Origin: an uncultured Nitrososphaerales archaeon
GTDB taxonomy: Archaea; Thermoproteota; Nitrososphaeria; Nitrososphaerales; Nitrososphaeraceae
NCBI GenBank assembly: GCA_963709405.1
Contig: CAVPXM010000053.1
Coordinates: 1-64,000 of the forward strand
Reading direction: 5' to 3'
Length of the DNA stretch: 64,000 bases
Every line of letters begins with the position of its first letter. The stretch's first letter is position 1. The notes under the pieces were generated by a model. That model saw nothing but the letters and a program-made list of their open reading frames with translations, had not been told where the DNA came from and did not search any database. Shown in pieces: positions 1 to 11,382 of the stretch. The position numbers were made by a program, and so were the translations under genes.

Positions 1-164
1 ATTTAGTCTATAGCATTTTATATAAGCATTCTGAATAATTTTCGGAGAGTCAAATTTCATATTAGTCTGTTATAGTTTATTGTAGAGTAACTTTCACTAA
101 ATATAATTTAAATAATAATGTGATAAAATAATTATAATATATACAATTCAAAGTATTTTATTGT

Positions 165-737
165 TTAATTTTCATCGTGCCGATTTAACTGTGTATACCA
201 CTCGGCAAATTTACTAAGAGCTTTTGATCGATGAGAATAATCGTGTTTCCTTTTAAGGGTGCCTAATTGACCGAAGGTGAGATCGCTTTTCATAGGAATA
301 AATATCGGATCGAATCCCCACCCACCCTCCGTTTCATCCTCTTTTATCCATCCACGAGTCTTCCCGGTGAATAAATGTGGTTTCTGACCATTACAATATG
401 TAATAATTGAGGTAAAATAAGCAGATCGATCTTCGCAAGTACGTAATAATTCTAGAATACCTTTAATGCCGATAGTCTTAAAAACAAATGCAGAATATTG
501 GCCTGGAAAGCCATTAAGCTTTTCAATAAATAACCCATCATCTTCTACAATAACCGGACTCTTTATTTTTGAAAATGCATATCGACATTTCTCAAGTGCT
601 ATTTCCTCAAGCGAGTCTGATTGAATCTCCTTAATATCCAGTTTACAAAATGTGACACCCAAGTTGTATTGTTGAAGAATCGATTTTATCTCTGAATACT
701 TATACTGATTAGTCTTAGCAAAGCAAAGTGAATTCAT
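165..737 (-). CDS. rdgB: Non-canonical purine NTP pyrophosphatase (RdgB/HAM1 family)
   Basis: Motifs EIQSDSLEEIA, VIVEDDGLFIEKLNGFPG, GWGFDPIF and SHR. Confidence 0.93.
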   Translation of the reverse strand: MNSLCFAKTNQYKYSEIKSILQQYNLGVTFCKLDIKEIQSDSLEEIALEKCRYAFSKIKSPVIVEDDGLFIEKLNGFPGQYSAFVFKTIGIKGILELLRTCEDRSAYFTSIITYCNGQKPHLFTGKTRGWIKEDETEGGWGFDPIFIPMKSDLTFGQLGTLKRKHDYSHRSKALSKFAEWYTQLNRHDEN

Positions 738-949
738 AGATCAAGGTGTCTAAAACAATGGGAATCTTATAAAACTAGGCCAAGCCATACTAGTAGTATT
801 AATAGCTGAACCGTTTATCTCGATAGAATTTGCACCATCATATGACTTACCAGTCTCAATTTTTTTATATTTTCCTATTACTGATGGTATAGAATTCCAT
901 CATAAAATGTATTGAACGAGCTATGGACTAACTTTTCTTGTTATTTTGG

Positions 950-997
950 AAAAAATAAAAAAAATTTGAAAGATAGAAGAGGAAATTCTTCCTCCTT
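950..997 (-). terminator. Putative nirK terminator (hairpin plus T-tract on the minus strand)
   Basis: GAGGAA-ATTC-TTCCTC inverted repeat next to the nirK stop, followed on the minus strand by long T runs (A runs at about 950-964 on +). Confidence 0.45.
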
Positions 998-2172
998 TAT
1001 CTCATAGGGCTACTAGTCAACGTATTTGGTGAGGGCCGGCCAGTGCGGTCATTTCTTTGGTTGTTGAGTGCTAGTCTACCGATGTCGCTGCCCTTTGGAG
1101 GCACCCATGTTCCTGCTGGATGGTCGGTGTCTGTTGCGTTATTCGAAGCCAAGACTGCAAATGCACCACCCTTTACCACATCAGATAAGGAGTGTTAACA
1201 CCAACGTAGAGTCCAGGTTGCGGGAATGTTGCTTCGATTATAGGACCAGAATCCTGGTGGAATGATCCAAGTATCATCATTCTTGTTGACCAAGCCGTAT
1301 CTATCACCTAGACCTGCACCAGCACTACCATCACGCACAGTTATCATGCTTCCGATGAAGTGGAATGCAAGGAAGTGATTGGGACCGCCATTCGCAATGT
1401 ACCACCTAGTCAGTTCATTAGGTTTCACCATGAAAACCGTGGCATTCTTGTTAAGTTCGATTCTTTGCAATCTTTCCAACTGCTGGAACGTATTTGAATG
1501 CCATGCCGTTTGTAAGCTCTAGGTCATTATTGTTTGCCAACATGTTGGTAAGGTTGAAGTTAGCTGGACCGGTTTGATTCTTACCTGAAAGTGGGGCTGG
1601 AATATTAAATCCATAAATTTCTCCAAAAGCTACATAGATTTCTTTGGCCTTTTCTTCATTTGTCGGATGTACCACTATACCTCCGTACATTCCGCTTGCT
1701 ACATGCTCCCAGATACCGTTGAGTGCATCAGCGCTACAATGATAGAAGAAGAATCCTGGGATAGCACCTACAGTGCTCCATGTCTTGGATTGACCTGGCG
1801 CGACTGGACCTGAATTTGCAGCGGTAGCACCGAAATCCAGCATGATAATCCACACTGTGGACAAGCTTCCCCTCATTCTTAAGTGTGGTTGTTAGGTTAT
1901 CTCCTTGATCGATTGAAATTAACGGACCAGGGATAGTACCGTCGAACACCATTGCATTGTACTTAATTCCGCCTGGATGAAGAGCGTTATCTGGAGCGAC
2001 TTGAACTTCTTTTTCGCTTGCGATAATAGTCACATGTTTTTGTTTGCCCGTTGGCGCCGCCGGACTGAGCATATGCAGAATTAGACTGGGATTTTCCTAT
2101 AAGAGAAGGACCTACTATTAATCCCACTGCCAATACTCCTGCCATTAGGGCTGGTAGAATTAGACGATTCAT
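997..2172 (-). CDS. nirK: Copper-containing nitrite reductase, AOA type, split into about 5 ORFs by frameshifts
   Basis: Signal peptide MNRLILPALMAG (ATG at 2172), VFDGTIPGP, HSVDYHAG, FFYHCSAD...WEHVASGMYG, FHFIGS and GGAFAV found in successive frames. Confidence 0.85.
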
Positions 2173-2349
2173 TAGTTCGAGTGTTACCTGATCGTCATAT
2201 AAAACATTTACTGGTGACATTTGAACATGACATTACAGAAGAATGAAAATTACTTAATTATAGGAGCATATGGAAGAAAAAATCCTCAGTTCGGGGATAT
2301 AAGGTAAAAGTGGAAAACCAAAGAAATTTTCGGGTCAAAGTAACATTTT

Positions 2350-4796
2350 CTAATTGTGGTGGTCACTGCTATGATTATTCGTCTCTTTAAGTTGGTTTGT
2401 AGACCTATCCAGTATATTCAAGTAGTCTGTACTTGAAAGCCCTTCGTTATTTGTTACCGTGAGCTCGAGTTTCAGAAGAGCATCATTTGAAACATCAGGG
2501 AGTTTGAATGACCAGCCTGACGTGTCAGCTCCACTTACAGTTGTGCCCCGAAGGTCCGGCTATTTGATCCCAGTTATAAGACAAATCTCCGCCTGCAGGA
2601 TCGTAACTGCCACTGCCGTCAACAACAACTGTCGACCCCCCATTCGCTATTTGATCTGGGCCCGCTACTGCAACAGGAGGTTCTTTATTAGCAATAGTTT
2701 TTTCAGATAATGTCGAGTCACCTGAAGTGAAGGGAGGGGTAAGTGGAGGAGATAGATTAGATTGGTTCGCTGTCAAATTAGAAGCAAGCTCCTGCGATAT
2801 TGTAGTGTGTATATTATTATTGAACGAATTTGAAGGAATATTTACAATAGACGAATTAATTTGGCCAGCCGTATATGGACTTGGGATATTTACTTGATTA
2901 TTGTCAACTAGAAATTTTGATGGGATATTTTGAGATTGCTCGATTGCTGTGGAAACATTCACGTTCTGATTGCTATTACTAACTTGGACATGACTATTTG
3001 AGTTGGTCTGAGTAATAGAATTAGATGATAATTGGTTAATTGACGATGTAGAAGCAGACGGATTAGTCTTTTTAGCAAGTACATCAACAGTCGCTGAAGA
3101 GGCACGTCCCGCTTTGTCAGTCACCGTTAACCTGTACGCGAAGTGTGTGTCGGACTGAACCTTTGGAACCATAAAGGATAGCACTGGAGAGTCACTACCT
3201 TTCGAGATTATCGATGGACTATTACTGAGTGGTACCCATGAATAAGATACAATTGAACCGCTAGGAGATCTACTAGCCCCTCCATTAAAGGTAACTTGTT
3301 CTTGCCCATTGACAACTGAAGTTGATTGTTTAATAGCGACGATTGGTGGTGAGCCTGCCGCTTGTCTGGACTCCAAGATTAGCTTTTGAATTTGAAGGAT
3401 TCGGTTGAAGTGGCGATGGCTGACTCGGCAAATTAGGACTTTCCAACTCATGGAAAGGCATTGGAAATATTAGACTGGGACCTATTCCGTTTGGTACACT
3501 CCCAGGTATTGAGCCATTCTGGCCTTGATTTTGCTCGTTAATTATTGTGGTGGCGGGACTATTACTTGAGTTATTAGCATTGTTACTTGGAGTATTTGCG
3601 CTAGTTGGATTTTGGTTGTTTGCTGAGCTATTGCTATTATTGATTGAGATTGTAATTGTTGGTTTTGGTGGAATTAATGCAGGCTTTGGCGTCGGCTCGG
3701 CGGTAGATTGTTTCGAGATTACGACTTTGCCTGGAATGATATTAGTAGTATTAGTTGTAACATGATTGCTTACCGAGTTGCTGCCTAGTCGGCTTTGGAG
3801 GAATTAATGTAGTGTCTGGCTTTGCAGGAATTTGATTTGAGATTACGACTTTGCCTGGAATGATATTAGTAGTATTAGTTGTGGTTTGATTACTTGCTGC
3901 GTTAGGACTGTTGTTACTATTAATCGTACCAGAAGTAATTCTGATATTATATGGAGGAACGAACACAGTTCCCTTCTCACTAGCAGACCCTTGATTTGTC
4001 ACGTTTAGTGCATTTTCGATACTATTTTTACGCTCCACAATACTGTTTTTACGCTCCGCAATACCATTATTAACTGTCTTGTTAACTGCGGTTTCGACAA
4101 TCTTTTTATGCTCTTTTATGCCATTATTAACACTGGTTACGGTAGGCACTGGAGTAACATTTTTCTCCACAATACTGTTTTTACGCTCCGCAATACCATT
4201 ATTAACTGTCTTGTTAACTGCGGTTTCGACAATCTTTTTATGCTCTTTTATGCCATTATTAACACTGGTTACGGTAGGCACTGGAGTAACATTTTTCGAC
4301 TTTTTCATCTCGGCAAAATTGACACTTTTTGAAGGAACAATCGGTTTATATGAATTTGATACACCTGTGAAATTTACGCTATAAAACTTGACAGATTGGG
4401 TCGGGCAGGAGCGTTGCTATCTTTTGCATTGACACAGGAAATTTTCGATGTCACTCTATTATTTCCTTCTTTTATCACCGACGTATTAGATGGTGTAAAG
4501 GTATATTTCCAAGAAGAGAAATCCTCTACGCCTTTACCAGTCCCACTGGGTATAACGTTCTTGTACGGTTTAAAGTCATTTATAAGAATCCCAACAGTAC
4601 ATTTGGTGTCAGGTCTGTCTGAGGAAGTCCCTGTAATCGTTAGAATCTTGATTCCATCCGATAACTTCTGTCCCTTGGTGGGAGAAGTAATCTTCACGCT
4701 AGGTGTTGCTGGCTGAGCACTCGCAGCAGTTATTGATACAATAGAGAAAATTATTAACCCAAAGCTTAACATTAACATGAATTTCTCAAGCTTCAA
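2350..4796 (-). CDS. Large secreted or surface protein: N-terminal Ig-like domain, Asn/Thr/Ser-rich repeats, two PKD/K319L-like domains (frameshifted)
   Basis: Signal peptide, VKITSP...ITGTSSD domain, PPVAVAGPDQ...VDGSGSYDP...LSYNWDQIAGP and SIVSYSW motifs; the last frame ends at TAG 2350-2352. Confidence 0.7.
3715..3882. repeat. 44-bp direct repeat inside the surface protein gene
   Basis: GAGATTACGACTTTGCCTGGAATGATATTAGTAGTATTAGTTGT at 3715-3758 and 3839-3882. Confidence 0.9.
4033..4296. repeat. Tandem duplication, 2 x 132 bp (44 aa), in the surface protein gene
   Basis: Unit starting CTCCACAATACTG at 4033 and 4165; encodes KNVTPVPTVTSVNNGIKEHKKIVETAVNKTVNNGIAERKNSIVE twice. Confidence 0.95.
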
Positions 4797-5192
4797 TTAA
4801 TTGACCTTGGGTAGCATGTAAAAATGACTATAAAAATATCGGTTGTTAACAGAATTTGGCTAAGAATAAAAATTACTTTACATGCATATCTGCAAATTTC
4901 GCTTCTAGGTCAGAAATATTGTGCGAGACATGCATATGCCTTTTTCGTGGCGTAGTCATATCGTGTATCTTTATAATGAACAAGCAAATCAGATCACTAA
5001 ATTCAGATTGTGTTTTATAAAGTTAGGTGTCGATAGAGTCGTTATTTCTTTCTTTCTTTCTTTTTTCTCTGTTCCTCTTCACACTTGATCTAATGTTCCG
5101 TATCCAAACCCGAAAATTAGTCATCAGTTTGTGTTAAGAGGGTTAAGACAGTAATTCGAATGACCTGTATACTTCCAACTGGATATAATGTT

Positions 5193-6242
5193 TCAACTAA
5201 AGTAGCCCTTTATCCATCTATCAGTATATCTTACTTTATTTTGTATTACAACAATTCTAGAAATTTCGCTTTCATCCATTATAGAGTATCCTCGTAATTT
5301 CGAACAGAGCAAGCGAGCAAAGTTTCGAACTTCGCTCATCTCCATCATGTTATTCCGTCCAAGCCGCATGGTTGACATTCCTATATTCATGTAAGATTTT
5401 AGCTCTATAAAATGAGGATTACCTTCTTCCATCATTTTCGAAAATTCTTCTACAAAGTCTAAATGATCATTGTAATCCCTGATCAATGTCATACGTAGTA
5501 CTGTTCTAGTTTGCACCGAAGCAAGGAAGTGCAAACTCTTCCACCATCTTTCCCATGCATCCTTGTACCGTGGTCGGTTGATAACAAAAAACATCTTTCT
5601 GTTGGATGCGTTTGTCGAAAGGTATATTTGCGTTGGTAATGCATCTTCATCTTGTAGTCTAGCGAGCATTTCAGGTTCTTGGCCATTAGTGACCAGGAAA
5701 ATTGATTTAGTAGCCCTTAAAGTTTTTAAATACTTGATCAGTTGCGACAACTTTGGATACATCGTTGGTTCACCGGAAAGTGATATCGCGTAATGAGCCG
5801 GAAACAACGACTCATCGAGTTTTTCCTTGCTGTTTTTGGAATGTCCATAAAACCCGCTAATTAGCTTCCTCCTCGCTTCAATTAAATTCTCCACTATAAC
5901 ATCCGGTTCGTCAACCAATTCTGGCGGCATTTGTAAGGTATCGTAGAACTCTGTCGGACGCCAGCAGTAAACACAACGATTTTCGCAATTCATCGCAGCT
6001 GGTGTCATTTCCATACACCGGTGAGTAGATATACCATAAAATTTGTGTTTATAGCAGTCACCCTCATTTGCAAATGATTTCTTTGTCCAGTGACATAACT
6101 CCACTGCCGAATGGTTGTAAACCCCGTACTTTGCTTTCTGTAGCTTCGACTTGATTTGTGGTGTTATCTGAATAAGATTTTCCTCGGTGCTATGGGAGAT
6201 GTATTCGTCAGAGCAACTCATTTTAGATTCTGATAGATTCAT
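5193..6242 (-). CDS. taw1: 4-demethylwyosine synthase, radical SAM (Taw1/TYW1)
   Basis: HSAVELCHWTKKS, GDCYKHKFYGI, CENRCVYCWR, ISLSGEPT. Confidence 0.95.
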   Translation of the reverse strand: MNLSESKMSCSDEYISHSTEENLIQITPQIKSKLQKAKYGVYNHSAVELCHWTKKSFANEGDCYKHKFYGISTHRCMEMTPAAMNCENRCVYCWRPTEFYDTLQMPPELVDEPDVIVENLIEARRKLISGFYGHSKNSKEKLDESLFPAHYAISLSGEPTMYPKLSQLIKYLKTLRATKSIFLVTNGQEPEMLARLQDEDALPTQIYLSTNASNRKMFFVINRPRYKDAWERWWKSLHFLASVQTRTVLRMTLIRDYNDHLDFVEEFSKMMEEGNPHFIELKSYMNIGMSTMRLGRNNMMEMSEVRNFARLLCSKLRGYSIMDESEISRIVVIQNKVRYTDRWIKGYFS

Positions 6243-6356
6243 TTGAATTTAAAGCTTGCAATAGCAATCTGAAAAATCATCCGAAATAATTGATCTCAGC
6301 CACTGTTTCACTTGAGAGCATTTATTAGGAATCACTCGTGAAATACGCGTATTGCC

Positions 6357-7168
6357 TTGGGGATTAACACCGAAGATATTGTTAATATAAGCCTGAATTT
6401 AGTAAATTGGAAAAATTACCTGCAGACAGCAATATACATGTTCAAGGGGATAATATTCACAAGGTTCTGATAGCAATAGATGTGAGCATAGCAGAATTGG
6501 TTCTCGCAAAGAATCTTGGTTGTGATGCCGTGATAGCACATCATCCAATAGGAATCTCCTTGCTCAATTTCCAGAAGGTAATTGATCGGCACACTGATTA
6601 CATGGTTGAAAAAGGGATCCCGAATGATATCGCTGCAGATGCTACACGCAAGCTGAAGGAAAGAGTCAGAATAAAATCTCATGCTAATATTTATGATCAG
6701 GTTGTTCATGCCGCGAAGATGCTGGACTTGCCGCTTGTCAATATTCATCAACCGTGTGACGAGTTTATGCGAAGAAAGCTATTGGAACAAATAATTTCAG
6801 GTAATACAGAATACATCTCAGACGTAATAAACTCAGTCGAATCTATCTCAGAATTCATGAATGTCGATACCAAAGTGGAGGCTGTTTTTGGGAGCATGGA
6901 TAACAGAGTTGGCCGATGGGCTTTAGTCTTAGCTGCAGGAACCAACGGTGGGTTTCCTATCGCAAGGGTATATTTTCAACATGGAATTTCCACTGTAATA
7001 TATCTTCATATCGACTATAGTGATCTACTAAAAATGCAGGAAGAGCAACTGCATGGAAATCTAATTATCCTGGGTCATTTAGCTGGTGACTCCATAGGGC
7101 TTAATGCTCTAGCCGATAAATTGGAAGAAAGAGACATAGAAACAGTCAGATTGGGCATTATACCCTGA
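6357..7168 (+). CDS. Nif3-like dinuclear metal centre protein
   Basis: KVLIAIDV, AVIAHHP, GHLAGDSIG. The likely TTG start at 6357 joins the listed ORF through a frameshift in the A-run near 6411. Confidence 0.75.
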
Positions 7169-7315
7169 AAATGACATAAATACTGAATCGTAACGGTTTG
7201 TTGTGATTGTCGCCGTACTCGGAAATTGCATGATCTTTGTCATGCTCATTTCTGAAGCCTTTTGCAATCTCTTTTCTAACGATTATATAATGTCATATCT
7301 CTAAAGTTGTTGGTT

Positions 7316-7428
7316 GGCCTTCGTAGTATAGCCTGGTTAGTATAGGCGGCTGTGGTCAAGACGAGATAGTTAATCATCAAATTCTTGGAAGAAACCGCTC
7401 GAGGAGGGTTCAAATCCCTCCGAAGGCC
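7316..7428 (+). tRNA. tRNA-His(GUG) with encoded G-1 and a 38-nt intron at 37/38 (7356-7393)
   Basis: Acceptor GCCTTCG/CGAAGGC with C73, anticodon arm GGCGG-CTGTGG/A-CCGCT, T-arm GAGGG-TTCAAAT-CCCTC; intron helix CAAGA/TCTTG gives a relaxed bulge-helix-bulge (BHB). Confidence 0.93.
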
Positions 7429-7527
7429 TCATCATTCCTAAAACTATTCAGAAATATGAGTAAATACGCCTTTTAGAAATAATCGAGCGAGCTTGAAATT
7501 TTAATTATTTAATTCACCAGTTTGATT

Positions 7528-7884
7528 TCAAATTCTAGAAGAACCTTCAAATGCTTCGTGTATTGAAGGGCTGGCTAGCACCCAACCATAATGATTTTCA
7601 TCATGTATGTACCTTACCTCTTTAATATTTGGCTTTAGCTTATTTTTTCTTAGCTCCAAAAGAAATTGAGTTTGTATCGCCATGCCAATTTTTCTACTCA
7701 GTTCAGTCGTCTTGATGTCTCCTTTTGGGAGCAGAAGTCTACAACTAAACTTGTCTTGCCAGCTAGAGTCTCTATATAATTTGACCAACTTGTCAACCAC
7801 GTCATGGACATCGCTAATCCCTTTAACATCAATCGTAGTATTCACTGGAAAATGGAAATAAGATTTGGATTGTGGCATATTCAA
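7528..7884 (-). CDS. Hypothetical protein
   Basis: 118-aa ORF with protein-like composition; no family recognised. Confidence 0.65.
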   Translation of the reverse strand: MNMPQSKSYFHFPVNTTIDVKGISDVHDVVDKLVKLYRDSSWQDKFSCRLLLPKGDIKTTELSRKIGMAIQTQFLLELRKNKLKPNIKEVRYIHDENHYGWVLASPSIHEAFEGSSRI

Positions 7885-8357
7885 TTACCTAGAAAGAACA
7901 TGCCAGGGAAAAACCTTGAGTCTATAAGTGCTAGATAGAAGATATTCTCATTTTGAAATCTTTGCTGGCATATCAAAAGTTAGGATCCTTTAGTAATTTA
8001 CTTCTTTTATATATATATTAAAATTTTTTTCACAATCTTCTTGAATGCACCTTTTCAAATCATGTGCATAATGTAATGGAAGATTAGGAAGATAGCCATG
8101 CAATATTGGTGAATGTCAGGGGAATGACCTCGAATTCGATGTAATATCGGAGACCTATCTCGTGACAGTTACTTTTAGTAGATATCGACTGCTATTACGT
8201 TGGGGGATTTAAATTGAATTATTTCAGATTCATTCAAAAACCAATTTAATGATCTCGACATACTTAACTCAATTTATAAATGGTCAATGAAAAGCGCCAG
8301 ATTTTTCGCTTGCATTCATAGAAGCATCCGTCTTCTTAATATAATCCAAGGATCTAG

Positions 8358-8432
8358 TGCCGGGGGCGGGACTTGAGCCCGCGACCTTTCGATTATGAGT
8401 CGAACGCTCTGGCCATGCTGAGCTACCCCGGC
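8358..8432 (-). tRNA. tRNA-Met(CAU), elongator type
   Basis: Reverse complement GCCGGGGTAGCTCAGCATGGCCAGAGCGTTCGACTCATAATCGAAAGGTCGCGGGCTCAAGTCCCGCCCCCGGCA folds as a cloverleaf; TATA-like tract at about 8472-8479. Confidence 0.92.
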
Positions 8433-8497
8433 AATGCTCAGAGGCCATTTGCTAAGAGAATTCCTTTCTAGTATATATAATAATCATTTCAAACACA

Positions 8498-9171
8498 GGC
8501 TCTGTAAAGTTAAGATAACAAATTATTGTTATGATGACTAACAAATAGATCCAACCATTTTTGTATGTATTGCAATTTACACTTACTTTTTCTACAAGGA
8601 AAATAATCATGGAAATATTCTGTTCTATCTTTGATGTAGTGTACCGTCCTTTCTATGATACTTTTCTCATATGGAGAATGGATGTGATGGTGCAGTCTCA
8701 AGAATCTACAAGCCTGTGGATACCATGTACCTCCCTCAGTTGAAACAGGATGTTCTCAATATCTTTTTACAAGGTTTAATATAAAACGTTCTGCAACAAA
8801 CATGTTTCTCTCTTTTGATATGCATATTTGAAGAATTTCTCGGTTATAATTCATTTTCAATGGCTATCCATAACCAGATATATTCGGAACCAACTTTAAT
8901 GATAGTTTCATCAATTATAAATTCAGTAATACGTATCTTTCTGGAACTTAACATCTCTGGTTTATATTTTTGAATCCAGTCTCTGATGGCAGTATGACTT
9001 CTTTTAACAAATCTAGACACAGCTTTGGAAGTATTTCTTAATGAAAGACCAAGGAAATACAGATACAGAGAATATGCTATATCCTCAGGTTCTGTTCTCT
9101 TTCTTATTTGACACATCATAACCTATATCGGAGTCATAAAGCTATAGATTTTTCCTTAACTTTACAGAGTC
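8498..9171 (-). mobile_element. IS6-family insertion sequence with a broken transposase
   Basis: Terminal inverted repeats GGCTCTGTAAAGTTAAG (8498-8514) and CTTAACTTTACAGAGTC (9155-9171), 16/17 match; transposase fragments FIIDETIIKVG, WLWIAI and EKSIIERT. Confidence 0.88.
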
Positions 9172-9473
9172 ATTTCACTGTATAGTCAAATTCTGCGGTA
9201 AACATGCAGAGGAATATAAACTAGTTCAAAAAGGAGATATTGTGAATAGCTTGGATATTTAGTTCAAAGGGAAGAATTACTATCATCATTAACAGTGGTA
9301 ATATAATAATATCAGAAGATCGCTTAGGAAGATCTCAAAGTGAAGAGACACTGAGACATAAGGATCAGGAATTGTATGAACTATTGCGTCGATTCAAAAG
9401 ATAACATGGAATATATCATGATGTCAGAAATGTCTCAATCGTTTGCCTAGCAGTTTTTTCTATTTGTTCTCAT

Positions 9474-10935
9474 TTATGTATTTTGCACTTCATCCACTAG
9501 CGAGGAGACGTCGGGTAATGGTAGCGTAAATGAAAATGTGGCTCCTTTGCCATCAGGATTATTTTTAGCCCATATTCTGCCATCATGGGCTTCTACAATA
9601 TTCTTGCATATGAATAGGCCTAGGCCAGTACCTTTATTGGATTTTGTTGCAAACTTTGTGAATAACCGCGGAAATATTCCGGCATCGATTCCTGTCCCAC
9701 AATCTTTTATACTGACAGTAACATACTTATCATTACCATCACTTTTCTTTGATGTTGTTGCCGTGATGTTAATAGTTCCCTCATTAGTAAACTTAATAGT
9801 AGATTTGACAGGACCTGATAAATTCTATTTTGATCTGCAATTATCATTAGGTTATTAGTATTATTATGTGGTTCTGTTACAACCGCATCATAAATAGATA
9901 ATAGTTCTATGTGTTTATCAGTCTTACGAAGTTCGTTCTGATAGTCTTGTACCACAGAATTAATAACTTCTCTTAGGCTAAATCCTTCTTTATTTAATTT
10001 AAGGGTATTGGTCTCTATCCGGGTAATGTCAAGTATATCTTCAGTTAGCATATGAATTCTTTTTGCATTTCTAGCAATGGCGTCAAGCATTTCATTTGCC
10101 TTAATTGTATTATTTCCTCTGCCGTAGCTAATTCTAGAACGAAGAGCTTCAGATAGACCAATTATTGGTTGTATCGAAGACCAACTATGGTGATAAATTC
10201 TCTTTGTGATATATTACTAATTCTTGCTTCATCATACAATCCTGTTAGATGTTCATAAAGTTCGCTTTGTTTCCAGAGTGCTTCGAATATGGAAGCACAT
10301 CCTAACACTGTTAGCTTGCTAGTTGAATAACTTGCAAATCCCCCAGCCTCATACGGTGTCTCCTTGTTCTCGTCCGTTACCTCAGTTATTAAGGAGAACT
10401 TTTTGTCTACAATAAGGATTGTCATTCTCGTCTGAAGTAAAGGTTCAATATTTCTTATTTCAATCTCTCCTATTTGTCCAATTTTCCTATGCCAGGCCTT
10501 TATCTCCTCATTTACTGAGGCAAGAATGTTAACTTTTACCTTCCGTATCAATGCGGCTCCTAGAAGTAAGTCCATACTTCCTATTTTTTGTTGTCGAAGA
10601 AATGAACCAGGTATGGAAAACATTATCAAGATCTCATCATTGGCTGATTTTATTAGCTCGAATGCAAGTCTCTGTATCTCATAAGGATCTCTTAGTATTT
10701 CAACTACATCTGGTACGACACCTTCTTCCAATGCTCTGATTCGATATTCTGCTGGTAGGGCCTTAATCCAAAGGCTATCGAAGAGGTATTGCTGCGCTTC
10801 TGCTATGCCCTTGACTGTACTATATATTGCATGCCTGACTGGCTCCGCCTCTTTCTCAATAGCATGTACTATTATGTAAGCATGTTTACCATCTTGTATA
10901 ACAAAATTTCCTTTAACTCGATCCATGTGACGCAT
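9474..10935 (-). pseudogene. Sensor histidine kinase, fragmented
   Basis: Thaumarchaeal-type N-terminal sensor region, ARNAKR...EDILDITRIE, ADQNRIYQVLSNLL, and HATPase GTGLGLFICKNIVEAHDG in different frames; the H-box region is disrupted. Confidence 0.8.
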
Positions 10936-11382
10936 CTGCAGATTTTCTGAGCATAGCAGAATTTTGGGGTCTTTCTAGTTAAAATATGTTATATTCCGCA
11001 ATGAAATTCTTCTTTTTCTTGTCTAATTAATGATATTATTACTAATAGCGCATTCCAACATTGGTTGTACTATTTACGCTGAAGGTGATTTCATTTAGAA
11101 AAGAACGATCTATGTCTGTATAATAGAAGAAGATATCTTTCTATTGTAGAATTAAACATATGATAAGAAATTCCTGACTTGACTGAACGTAAAAGATCGT
11201 TGTGAAGTGGTTTTTAAATGCAATCTCTCATCTACGTTCTCTTTATTAGATTGCCTTTCATCTGTACAAATTCTGCTTCTGTAATTACTCCTTGATCCCT
11301 TAATTTTGCAAGTTTAGATAACTCATCAGCTATGGATGCTACTGGATTACTAATTGGCTGATTTTGTGTATTGGTCCTTTCT

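Noticed and set aside
4033-4296. Long direct repeats as a possible CRISPR array
   Set aside because: Two in-frame 132-bp coding units with no spacers and no cas genes; the same applies to 52634-52891.
8358-8432. tRNA-Ile2(CAU) or initiator tRNA-Met
   Set aside because: The G1-C72 GCCGGGG acceptor and the lack of three G-C pairs in the anticodon stem fit elongator Met best, although Ile2 is not strictly excluded.
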